Positions 1 to 8,497 of a stretch of 20,000 bases of DNA are shown here, in pieces. Position 1 is the first letter of the stretch, and each line of letters begins with the position of its first letter. The notes beneath the pieces are model-generated. The model was not told the DNA's origin, made no database searches, and saw only the letters and a list, made by a program, of their open reading frames with translations. Both the position numbers and the translations under genes were made by a program. The DNA lies in IMG/VR virus record IMGVR_UViG_3300032050_000023; one strand, 5' to 3'. Source of the DNA: an uncultured virus (IMG/VR IMGVR_UViG_3300032050_000023) (taxonomy: Duplodnaviria; Heunggongvirae; Uroviricota; Caudoviricetes).

Positions 1-850
1 ATTTGATATTTTGTTGTGATTGAAATTATCATAAATTGTATTATTTTCAAATGTATTACCGATAACATTATTAGTGGTTTGTCCACTTATGTCGTTATTA
101 AAAAACGAAACACCAACGTTATTTTTATAAAAATCTTGAGTTATTATATTGTTGTTGAAATTGGTACCTATTTTATTTTCATTAAATGCGCTAATACCAA
201 TGTTATTAATATCCCCTAGTGTGTTATTATTAAAATTATCACCAACTGTATTACTCTCAAACGAACTATATATATTATTACTGAAGAAACTAGGTCCGAT
301 TATATTAACAATAAAATCTGAATATACTTTATTAATAAAAAACGATTCTCCGATTATATTATTTGTAAAATTATTAGTGTCTAATAAATTTTCATAAAAA
401 CTACCAACAATTTGGTTATTCTCAAATCCTGAATCAATTATATTATTATAAAAGTCACTACCAATATTATTGTTTATAAAGCCATCTTGTGACATTGTTA
501 TAAAGTTAGACGAAAAGTTTACACCAATTCTATTATTGTCAAAATCAAACCCATCATCATCCCCAATCATATTATCTTGAAATCTCTCCCCAATCAAATT
601 ACCATCCATATCACAGTCGATAATATTTCTTTGGAAGTCCGTCCCGACTGTATTATCGTCAAAATCATTTGTAATAATATTATACTTAAAATTTGAACCA
701 CAAATATTTGAATCCATGTCTTCGTTAAATGTATTACCTTCAACACCTCCACCAAAATAGTTATTTCTATAAGTTCCTGATAAAAATACATTGTTGGATA
801 GTAAAAATGTGTTGTAATTATTAAAATTACCCAAATAAGTATTTAAATTT
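1..850 (-). repeat. Protein-level F-x-x-N-x-I-G solenoid repeat region
   Basis: Many degenerate 8-9 aa units in the translation of the 1-1707 ORF; not a perfect DNA repeat. Confidence 0.75.
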
Positions 851-1707
851 AAATTATTATTAAAAGTATAATATTCTGAAAACCCTGTATATCCAGAACT
901 TATAACGTTACATTGGAATGGACTCATATGTTGAGGTAAAGATATACCTCTTGAATAATATGTGTCGGATATGGTAGGTATTGTAGTTCCTGTGACATAC
1001 ATTTCGGTATCACTTGTTATACTTGTAATTTCAAAATACCCAAAAGAACCAATCGGAAATTGACCAAAATTATTGTAAACTCCTAAAATGTCTCCAACAA
1101 CAAAGTCACTGTTAAAAAAAGTTGTAAACCCTGTAACAAGTCCTGTTGGGTCAATAGTAATACTACCATCTAGTAATTGTTCAGAAAAAAAACCTTCGTA
1201 TCTTATAAATTGAACTGCTCTGAAATCATAATCGGCTCTGTTATTTTTTTCATCAATTCTTTCTGTAATCCTACCCTTCGCAGGACTTGATGTGACCTCA
1301 GTTGTATTCCAATTTATATCATAAGTAATTTTATCTTGTGGGTATAATGTTGAATATACAGTTGGTGAAAATCCTGTTGTTGAAGTTGCTAATAATAACA
1401 ATGGTTCAGTATTACCCGTTTTATAGTTACCTGTCACAATTGGGTCACCAACATTATTGAAATTAGGTTGGTCGTAACAAGTTTGAAAATCGGTCATTAA
1501 ATAATAACCGCCAGGTGTTAAAGTTCCTCCAGTATATAAAGAATATAACTCATCGTAAGTTACTTCTTCATAAGTTCCTCCACCTGTTGATAAACCTGAA
1601 TAAGGAATATGAAAAGTGAAACCACTTTGTTCGATTGGAAATAACGAATTACTTGTTATTCCTGTTGATAGTGCTAATTCTCCTATTGTTTTTCCTGAAA
1701 GTATCAT
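1..1707 (-). CDS. Putative tail fibre/spike protein with Asn-rich beta-helix repeats (partial, runs off the left edge, >569 aa)
   Basis: Absent from the ORF track because it has no stop in the window. Manual translation from ATG 1707 gives MILSGKTIGELALSTGITSNSLFPIEQSGFTFHIPY... and stays open to base 1. The C-terminal half is a repeating 8-9 aa F-x-x-N-x-I/V-G unit (FDDNTVGTD FQRNII, FDNNRIGVN, FINNNIGSD, FTNNIIGES, FESNTVGDN, FNENKIGTN), typical of beta-solenoids. Confidence 0.75.
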   Translation of the reverse strand, partial: MILSGKTIGELALSTGITSNSLFPIEQSGFTFHIPYSGLSTGGGTYEEVTYDELYSLYTGGTLTPGGYYLMTDFQTCYDQPNFNNVGDPIVTGNYKTGNTEPLLLLATSTTGFSPTVYSTLYPQDKITYDINWNTTEVTSSPAKGRITERIDEKNNRADYDFRAVQFIRYEGFFSEQLLDGSITIDPTGLVTGFTTFFNSDFVVGDILGVYNNFGQFPIGSFGYFEITSITSDTEMYVTGTTIPTISDTYYSRGISLPQHMSPFQCNVISSGYTGFSEYYTFNNNLNLNTYLGNFNNYNTFLLSNNVFLSGTYRNNYFGGGVEGNTFNEDMDSNICGSNFKYNIITNDFDDNTVGTDFQRNIIDCDMDGNLIGERFQDNMIGDDDGFDFDNNRIGVNFSSNFITMSQDGFINNNIGSDFYNNIIDSGFENNQIVGSFYENLLDTNNFTNNIIGESFFINKVYSDFIVNIIGPSFFSNNIYSSFESNTVGDNFNNNTLGDINNIGISAFNENKIGTNFNNNIITQDFYKNNVGVSFFNNDISGQTTNNVIGNTFENNTIYDNFNHNKISN

Positions 1708-1722
1708 TTTTTTGTTTTTTTA

Positions 1723-1730
1723 TATAAATA
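1723..1730 (-). promoter_or_regulatory. TATTTATA motif upstream of the fibre gene (putative late promoter)
   Basis: About 15 nt upstream of ATG 1707; the same core recurs before six other starts. Confidence 0.55.
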
Positions 1731-1770
1731 TCATATTTTGTTTATTAATTAAGTTAAGATGTTACATCGT

Positions 1771-3165
1771 TTAGGTTGGTGTTGGAGTTGGTGTTGGAGT
1801 GGGTTCTTGTTCAAATTGTAGTTCGTTAACTAAAATATTTAATGGAAAATCAATGTCAATAGGTTGGATGAACACTTCTCCCGTTTTGGTTAACAAACTA
1901 TAATTTAAAGCAGGATTAGTAGAAATTGTTTGACCTGATGTCTCATTTTTTGGTATTATTACTGTTGACCCTATTGTTATATCCCCACCACCAATTAAAT
2001 CTAAATTAACACTTATTGGTAATGAGACGTTTTTATTGATAGGGATATTTGAATTTACAGTAAAATAAGTAACAACTGAACCACTTGAGACATAAATACT
2101 TACGGTATATATAATTTCTGGATCTTTATATTCCAAATAAGAATTGTTTTCCACATCAATGTATTCATGATTTTCGGTTATAATTGGGTTAATTAATACT
2201 TCAAACGTTGGTGTAACTGTAGGTGTTGGTGTAACTGTAGGTGTTGGTGTAACTGTAGGTGTTGGTGTAACTGTAGGTGTTGGTGTAACTGTAGGTGTTG
2301 GTGTAACTGTAGGTGTTGGTGTTGGGGTTATAGAGTAGATTTCATTTATAGTATATGTTAAATAATTTGGACTAAATAGTATGTTAGAAAAAACATCATT
2401 TCTTGTAAGATTATTGTAATCCACATCTAAAATAACTTGTGTTGTCCCCGAAATATCTTGTAAATCTATAGTAACACCTGTTGTGATAGTAATTGGGTTA
2501 CCACTATAAACATCAAGAGTATGTGTAAAATACATCAACACTGGTTCATTAACATTTTGGTTTGCGGTTAAATTGTAATCAATAATTGTTGAACCTGTCG
2601 TAATTACCACATTTAAAACTACTTCCAATGGTATTGTTGTTGTCGTTGTTACTACAGGACTTGTTGTTGTTGTCGTTGTAATAGGTGGGCACGGTTGACA
2701 AGTCGGACAAGGAGTTGTAGTGGTAGTTGTGGTTGTTTTAAAAGGTACATCAACACAACATGGGAATTCACTTACATAACATGAATCATAAGGTAAATCA
2801 TCCGCAATATAAGACTCCTGAACATTTATAAAAAGTTTTTCTCTAATTGGTAAAATTAAAACCCCATCAGAATTTCGTAATAAAAATTGACCTTCGTATC
2901 TCCCGACTTTATTTGTGTCTTTATTTTGAAATTGGTAATATACATAATATTCGGGGTCTGCGTTTGGTTCTAATAATTTTTTAGACACAAATCCCGCTGG
3001 TCTAGTAACTATTTTAGGAATACCTGTTTCTATGTCAACCATAGAAAAGAATATTGCAGATTCTTCTATTAAAGACATCATTCTATTGAAGTCACTTCTT
3101 CCATCTTTAACAACTTGTATTTTTAGTAGAGGTAAAGTAGCGTTTTTCTTAATAAAGAATTCCAT
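1771..3165 (-). CDS. Putative virion structural/stalk protein: BppU_N-like Ig domain, Cys/Thr-rich hinge, two duplicated beta domains, Pro-Thr tracts
   Basis: The N-terminus (IKKNATLPLL...YYQFQNKDTNKVGRYEGQF...GVLILP) resembles baseplate upper-protein N-terminal domains. It has poly-Thr, PCPTCQPCPP and (TPTVTP)n tracts, plus two similar domains (VVITTGSTIIDYNLTAN...ITITTGVTI...SGTT...DYNNLTR vs IYVSSGSVVTYFTVNSN...ITIGSTVII...SGQT...NYSLLTK). Confidence 0.6.
   Translation of the reverse strand: MEFFIKKNATLPLLKIQVVKDGRSDFNRMMSLIEESAIFFSMVDIETGIPKIVTRPAGFVSKKLLEPNADPEYYVYYQFQNKDTNKVGRYEGQFLLRNSDGVLILPIREKLFINVQESYIADDLPYDSCYVSEFPCCVDVPFKTTTTTTTTPCPTCQPCPPITTTTTTSPVVTTTTTIPLEVVLNVVITTGSTIIDYNLTANQNVNEPVLMYFTHTLDVYSGNPITITTGVTIDLQDISGTTQVILDVDYNNLTRNDVFSNILFSPNYLTYTINEIYSITPTPTPTVTPTPTVTPTPTVTPTPTVTPTPTVTPTPTVTPTFEVLINPIITENHEYIDVENNSYLEYKDPEIIYTVSIYVSSGSVVTYFTVNSNIPINKNVSLPISVNLDLIGGGDITIGSTVIIPKNETSGQTISTNPALNYSLLTKTGEVFIQPIDIDFPLNILVNELQFEQEPTPTPTPTPT
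2207..2314. repeat. Perfect 18-bp tandem repeat, 6 copies of GTTGGTGTAACTGTAGGT (encodes the TPTVTP-type unit on the minus strand)
   Basis: Counted directly in the sequence; a partial seventh copy follows. Confidence 0.95.
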
Positions 3166-3179
3166 TAAATGTTTTTAAT

Positions 3180-3187
3180 AATAAATA
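3180..3187 (-). promoter_or_regulatory. TATTTATT motif upstream of the 3165 start (putative late promoter)
   Basis: Recurrent motif about 15 nt upstream of the ATG. Confidence 0.5.
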
Positions 3188-3193
3188 TATCAA

Positions 3194-4876
3194 TCAACAT
3201 TCTTTTCTAAGATGGGCTTCGTAAAATTCAAATCTATTATGTTCGGTTGGTGTTAATAATAAAACAGCTGGGTTAATTTTACCTTTAATAGTTTCTTGAT
3301 AACAATGACTCATAAGTGTCTGTTCATATGGGTGTTGAAATTTAGTTTCTAAATAACATTTGTAGTTACCCTCTTTAGACATTATAATTGGCCAATTAGA
3401 AAGATATATTTCACCACTAGCATATGGTACATTTTTATGGGACTTTATATATTTAAACTCTAAGTTTGGGGAATCTTTATCCAATCCTTGTTTAGGTAAG
3501 TTTTTATTTTCAGGCCAGTGAGATTCTCTAAATGATTGAGGGACATTATACCAAGACCATTGTTTGTCATGACTACCAAAAAATTCCGTAAAATTTAATT
3601 TTAAAAAATCAAAACCTTCTTTAGTCATAATTTCAATTGACGAGTTAAACAAATTTTTAATCTTTCTGTTGAACCCATTTTTACATACATTGTCTATACC
3701 ATTGTAAAAAAACATATCATCCTCAAAAAAGAAATAGTGACTTAAATTTTCTTGGTCATTAAAATGTTCCGCAATAAATTGCCTTCCACCTGTAATTCCT
3801 ATGTTATCTTTTTTGATATGAACAAATCCATACATATCACATAATTGTAGATATTTTTCTGTTGTTGATAGGTCAGTAGAATTATTTAATAAAAACTTAT
3901 TTGTTTTATTTAAAAAATTAGTATCATATTCTAACATAGAGTCAATTAAAGTCTCAAATTGTTTCGGGGAATTGAAAGAGATTACATATAGTCCTATGTC
4001 TTTTACTTCCTTAATTATTTTTGTTTTTTCTATATTAGATGTAATAGATTTAATTTTTACGGTTTCATTTTTTACGTCTTCAAAAAATCGGTATAAAAGT
4101 CCGTTTGATTCTATTTCACAATAATCTATTAAGTTAGGATACAAATAAGTCATAATTGTAAACAAACTTTCTTCAGTCCCCATCAAACCATTTTTTAATG
4201 TATCCATCATCAAACTATAATATTTAGAATTCATTTCCGAAATTGTGTCTTTATTCCCACCAAAAAAACCACCTCTACAAACAAACTTGGGGTTTTGTGT
4301 AGAAAGTTCACACATTTTTTCATAATTAAAACCATGTATTTCCGTATTGGTCTCATACGGAAAACAAATAAATAAAAATTTTTCTGTTAAACTTTTTATT
4401 TTATTTAAAACATCGTCATGTGTAAAATAACCTGAATGAACAGTATTTGTGATTCCGGCATCTATCCAAAATAATTTATCAGAATTAAATTTATCCAATA
4501 TTTTTGCATCATGAAGAAGAAACATTTTTGACATTACAAGTGGATTATACATATCAAGTTTGGATTGTGTTGACTCTTTTAACCACCCAACCTGATTATA
4601 CCAATTTGGGTTAGTTCTTATTGTTTGTATTGTCTCGTAATAATCGTTTGACTTAAACCAATTTAAATCCCTTAAAATAAATTGGGTTTTATCTGAATCA
4701 CGCCTTTCATTAACAAAATGTTTAAGATTTTCATCTCCGTATATTATAAGATTGCAATCAACCCTCAACAATTCTTCCAACTTGTTTAGATAATGTTCAT
4801 AGCTTCTAGACCATCCTTCTTCTAGATTACCTCTACCAATGTCCCATAAACCAGTGACTAATGTTATTTTATCCAT
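3194..4876 (-). CDS. Two-domain putative glycosyltransferase: N-terminal HtrL/YibB (WlaTC-like) domain plus C-terminal GT-A-like domain
   Basis: ITLVTGLWDIGR, RSYEHYL, SKMFLL, FWIDAG, GGFFGG and EESLFT match the HtrL_YibB pattern. The second half has YVISFNSP, NIGITGGRQ and YFFFEDDM (DxD-like), as in GT-A folds. Confidence 0.7.
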   Translation of the reverse strand: MDKITLVTGLWDIGRGNLEEGWSRSYEHYLNKLEELLRVDCNLIIYGDENLKHFVNERRDSDKTQFILRDLNWFKSNDYYETIQTIRTNPNWYNQVGWLKESTQSKLDMYNPLVMSKMFLLHDAKILDKFNSDKLFWIDAGITNTVHSGYFTHDDVLNKIKSLTEKFLFICFPYETNTEIHGFNYEKMCELSTQNPKFVCRGGFFGGNKDTISEMNSKYYSLMMDTLKNGLMGTEESLFTIMTYLYPNLIDYCEIESNGLLYRFFEDVKNETVKIKSITSNIEKTKIIKEVKDIGLYVISFNSPKQFETLIDSMLEYDTNFLNKTNKFLLNNSTDLSTTEKYLQLCDMYGFVHIKKDNIGITGGRQFIAEHFNDQENLSHYFFFEDDMFFYNGIDNVCKNGFNRKIKNLFNSSIEIMTKEGFDFLKLNFTEFFGSHDKQWSWYNVPQSFRESHWPENKNLPKQGLDKDSPNLEFKYIKSHKNVPYASGEIYLSNWPIIMSKEGNYKCYLETKFQHPYEQTLMSHCYQETIKGKINPAVLLLTPTEHNRFEFYEAHLRKEC

Positions 4877-4878
4877 TT

Positions 4879-5460
4879 TTATTTTTTTAATTCCGCATAA
4901 TCAGACCATCCCCCATAACCAACATTATGGGTTATAATATAATTTTTATTTATCAAAAAGTTTTTTAACTCTATTCCGTTTATATGTAAATTTTCATAAT
5001 AAATCTTATCAATAATAAATTTATTAAAATTTATTGATTTAATGATTTTATCATCAAAACCTTCTGTATCAATATAAAGTATGTCAATTTTGGTTAAATT
5101 GTATTTTTCTAATAAACGGTTAATACATAAACAATCAAGTTCACGATAACAAACACCATTTTCTGTATAATGATTTCTAACTTTTATTGAATGGGTTTTG
5201 TTTAAACTAGCCAATTCAAACTTATTAATATGGTTAGTATCTTCTTCATGAAAATAAATTTTCTCCTTTGTTAGATTTTCATCATCGGTTATTATTATAT
5301 TTTCCAAATTAATATTCCCAACATGAGAATAACATTTTAATAAACTTTCATTATGTTCAATGAAAGGTTCTACAAGTATTAATTTATTGATATTTTCATT
5401 TTGTATTAAATCTGTGAAATCATCGAATCCTCTGTTCGACCCTATTTGAACTGCTATCAT
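4879..5460 (-). CDS. FkbM-family SAM-dependent methyltransferase
   Basis: VQIGSNRG motif I, ILVEP, and IDILYIDTEGFD...IYYE motifs. Confidence 0.8.
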   Translation of the reverse strand: MIAVQIGSNRGFDDFTDLIQNENINKLILVEPFIEHNESLLKCYSHVGNINLENIIITDDENLTKEKIYFHEEDTNHINKFELASLNKTHSIKVRNHYTENGVCYRELDCLCINRLLEKYNLTKIDILYIDTEGFDDKIIKSINFNKFIIDKIYYENLHINGIELKNFLINKNYIITHNVGYGGWSDYAELKK

Positions 5461-5463
5461 TTT

Positions 5464-6159
5464 TTAATTCTTAATTTTACAAACCCAACCCACTTCTAAA
5501 AATGATGTCTCTTTAAGTGGTGTTAAATTATATTTTATATTAGTACCATCTATGTCCGAATCCTGTATTTCCATCCAGTTCCAAAAATTGTTTTTCATTT
5601 TTTTTTCAAAATACTCTTCGTTTGGTGAATAATCATGTGCCATTATTATATCACCTGTTTTTAATAATTTAGAAATTAATCTGAATTCATTTTTTTTACT
5701 ACCTCCATCACATAGAACTAATGTTGTACCTTTTAATTGAATGTACTCTTTTAATTCATTCATACATTGATTATCAAAAAAGTCGCTATAGTCAATCAAA
5801 AATAAGTTTTTTACTATAAGGGATATCCTTTTTTTTTCTAATCTTTTTTTTGTAAATTCCGGTATTGAGACATCATAAGATATAAGTTCAGAATCCTTTA
5901 AATTATTTAAATCCAATAAGTCCCTAATTATTTCAGTTAACCCACCGTGAAAAGTTCCTATTTCTAACACTCTACTTGGTTTATGTAATTTAATTAAATC
6001 ATTAAATCTATCAACAATATTCGGATTTTGTTCAATTGACAGACCATTGTAACTTACGTGATTCACAACACCATTACGAAAATTAATATCAAAATAATCG
6101 TTTTCAAAACAATTTTTTGTTGAGCATGAAAGTTTATTTTTAATTTCAGTTAAATTCAT
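5464..6159 (-). CDS. Class I SAM-dependent methyltransferase (CmcI/Methyltransf_24-like, probable sugar O-methyltransferase)
   Basis: KPSRVLEIGTFHGG, LISYD, LVLCDGG and LLKTGDIIMAHDY motifs. Confidence 0.75.
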   Translation of the reverse strand: MNLTEIKNKLSCSTKNCFENDYFDINFRNGVVNHVSYNGLSIEQNPNIVDRFNDLIKLHKPSRVLEIGTFHGGLTEIIRDLLDLNNLKDSELISYDVSIPEFTKKRLEKKRISLIVKNLFLIDYSDFFDNQCMNELKEYIQLKGTTLVLCDGGSKKNEFRLISKLLKTGDIIMAHDYSPNEEYFEKKMKNNFWNWMEIQDSDIDGTNIKYNLTPLKETSFLEVGWVCKIKN

Positions 6160-7158
6160 TTAAAGAAGTTTTTTCAAGTCTATTCGGTTTATTAAGTATT
6201 CAATGTTTGATGGTAAAGTACAGTTTTTATCAAACCAATTTTTAGCATTTTCCGATACAAAGTTTAAATATTCGTCATTATTTTTCACTCTATTCCATGT
6301 TGTAATTAAGTTATTTTTGAAATCGGTGTATGAGTTGTATTTAGGATGTCCATCGAAAGAATAATCACAGGAATGATAACAACTTATATAATGAAAATTA
6401 GGTATTAATGGGTCTGGATAATTAATATTTAAATGAGGTCTAATTACAGGTATCCCTACCCCAAAACATTCAATGTCCCTATTACACATTTCATTTCCAC
6501 CTGGTAGACTTAAAGATACTTTATATTTTGATAAGTCATTCAGATATTCAGTATACTCCATATTTTGGTTATCAACATTTTTGTCAATAATAATAATGTC
6601 ATCTGTTACAATTTCATTTACCATTTTTTTTCTAAAATCCCATAACCACCCCCTAAAAAAAAGTTTTTTTTCTTTATCTGAGTTTTTGTTTTTTTCATAT
6701 AAAGAATTCATAAAATCATAACAACAATCAAAATAAGGCCCATAATAAAAAGGTTCATAAATATTTTTAATGTCATTTGGAAATTTTACATCTAAATTGT
6801 TTTTTGTGTTTGTTTTGAATGTATAGTAATCGTAGAAATTAAACCCTCCTGGATAAAAAAATTGAACCATGTTTTCCGCATCCCAACCTAAGTGAGACAT
6901 GAAATGGTATTTCCAATTGTCAAAAAAAGAAATTAAAATATATTTTTTATTTTCAGGGTTCACTATTGAAAAATTCATACAACTATAAATTCCTCCCTGA
7001 CCGTACTTTTCGTAATTTGTGTCGTTAACAATCTCAAAAGAGAAGTCGTTAAATTTTTTTTGTAGTTCGGTCAATAATTTATTAAAAAAATTAGTAATAT
7101 AAAAATCTTTATCCCCAAATCGAATTTGTCTTTGTTCGTTCCTTATATGTAGTTTCAT
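6160..7158 (-). CDS. Putative GT-B glycosyltransferase (GT90/CAP10- or GT47/exostosin-like C-terminal half)
   Basis: KKLFFRG, EYLNDLSKYKVSLSLPG, NRDIECFGVGIPVI, LIPNFHYI and VSENAKNWF motifs. Start moved to ATG 7158 (MKLHIRN), just after the upstream stop at 7163-7165. Confidence 0.6.
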   Translation of the reverse strand: MKLHIRNEQRQIRFGDKDFYITNFFNKLLTELQKKFNDFSFEIVNDTNYEKYGQGGIYSCMNFSIVNPENKKYILISFFDNWKYHFMSHLGWDAENMVQFFYPGGFNFYDYYTFKTNTKNNLDVKFPNDIKNIYEPFYYGPYFDCCYDFMNSLYEKNKNSDKEKKLFFRGWLWDFRKKMVNEIVTDDIIIIDKNVDNQNMEYTEYLNDLSKYKVSLSLPGGNEMCNRDIECFGVGIPVIRPHLNINYPDPLIPNFHYISCYHSCDYSFDGHPKYNSYTDFKNNLITTWNRVKNNDEYLNFVSENAKNWFDKNCTLPSNIEYLINRIDLKKLL

Positions 7159-7162
7159 TTTT

Positions 7163-8410
7163 TTATAAATTTCCACTTATTCTATTACACCACCCTTTGG
7201 ATTTACTGTAAGGCCAAACAACCCAATATTTAGGGTTTTCAGTTGTATTAAATTCTCTCCATATTTTACAATAACCATCAGGGTCTTGTTTCATTCTAAG
7301 TATTTCTGAGGTATCTGCGTCTTGTCTATATAAAGTTTCATCTTTTTCGTTATGAAACGCAACAACCCAAAATTCATAATCATTCTCAGAAACATCATTG
7401 AAAGACACATCAATACAATGTTTAAATATCTTTGAGAAACTATCCATCCATTCTTGTTCATTTGTATAATCATACGGATTTGGAGGATATTTTTTATCTA
7501 TAGTATACTGTTGAATTCCTCTTTTTGAGAATAATATACCAGAATATTTTTCGTAATCTCTTACTGTTCTTTCTGTGCCAAATCCATATTTTCCTAAGTC
7601 CCCATCATATTTTTCACCATCTACACCTAACACTTGTCTATTTTTTTTATGACAATTCTGATTTTTTATAAACCATTGTTTGTCATCATCCCACTGTTTT
7701 GTTCTACCTTTTCTTGTATATTCGTGCCAAATTACGGTTTTGTGTGGGTGAAATAAATCATAACCATGTGTATATGCTCTTACGGCAATTGATATTTCCT
7801 CTCCATGAAAATAGTATTCAGGATCGTGTTGAACCTCATTGGAAAATTCTCCTAATGTAAAAGCAAAATGCGCAGAATAAAATCTTGCAGGAATTGGTTG
7901 TTTAAGAGTTTTCCAATTAGGAATAACTTCAGGTAAAAAGAAAACAACACCTTCAGGTGTAAATCTATCAAAAACCATTCGCCAAGGTTCATTAACTCTT
8001 CCTTGTGGGTCATTGTCAGGGTCAAAAGAAGAAACATAACCCGTTAATAATGGCTTTTTATGTCCTTTTTTTTGTAATTGTTTAACCATTTTAATTAATG
8101 TGTCATCCCAATTTTTTTCGAATCTCATATGAGAATCCAACTGAAGGGTGTATTCCTCCCCATTATATAACTGTTGGACTTGATTTCTTGCCCAACAAAC
8201 ACCTGTTGATTCTTGATACGGGACATTTAAAATTCTAAATCTCTTGTCACTCTCATATTCTGATAAATCATCAAATTTATCTTCAGAATGATATTGTCTA
8301 CAAATCCCAAATCTTAGGTTTTCAGGTTTTTTAGCTTTATCAATACAATCTTTAATTGTTGGTATAAGTTGAGGATCTCTATAGGATGCAATTTGAATAA
8401 AAATTTTCAT
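7163..8410 (-). CDS. GT60 / PF11397 'GlcNAc'-family glycosyltransferase (UDP-GlcNAc:polypeptide alpha-GlcNAc transferase, Gnt1/Gnt2-like) with a C-terminal extension
   Basis: IFIQIASYRDPQL, GVCWAR, YNGEEYTLQLDSHMRFEKNWD (DSH motif), FYSAHFAF, DPEYYFHGEEISIAVRAYTHGYD and WHEY are characteristic of this family. Confidence 0.85.
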   Translation of the reverse strand: MKIFIQIASYRDPQLIPTIKDCIDKAKKPENLRFGICRQYHSEDKFDDLSEYESDKRFRILNVPYQESTGVCWARNQVQQLYNGEEYTLQLDSHMRFEKNWDDTLIKMVKQLQKKGHKKPLLTGYVSSFDPDNDPQGRVNEPWRMVFDRFTPEGVVFFLPEVIPNWKTLKQPIPARFYSAHFAFTLGEFSNEVQHDPEYYFHGEEISIAVRAYTHGYDLFHPHKTVIWHEYTRKGRTKQWDDDKQWFIKNQNCHKKNRQVLGVDGEKYDGDLGKYGFGTERTVRDYEKYSGILFSKRGIQQYTIDKKYPPNPYDYTNEQEWMDSFSKIFKHCIDVSFNDVSENDYEFWVVAFHNEKDETLYRQDADTSEILRMKQDPDGYCKIWREFNTTENPKYWVVWPYSKSKGWCNRISGNL

Positions 8411-8422
8411 TTTTTATTTAAA

Positions 8423-8451
8423 ATAATAGAGCAACTCATTTTGAAAATAAA
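8423..8451 (-). promoter_or_regulatory. Sigma70-like promoter for the glycan operon (TTTATT-17 bp-TATTAT)
   Basis: -35-like box at 8446-8451, -10-like box at 8423-8428, 17-nt spacer, 12 nt upstream of ATG 8410. The AT-rich background weakens the call. Confidence 0.4.
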
Positions 8452-8497
8452 TGTTACCGAGATAACGTTTTAGATTTTTGTTTGATAGTAACTATTA

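Noticed and set aside
16..791. Track ORFs 16-219 (+), 149-397 (+) and 594-791 (-)
   Set aside because: Antisense or out-of-frame shadows of the long 1-1707 minus-strand CDS.
7163..8410. Skp1-type hydroxyproline glycosylation pathway
   Set aside because: No prolyl 4-hydroxylase is visible in the window, so Thr acceptors are the simpler reading. A hydroxylase elsewhere in the genome would reopen this.
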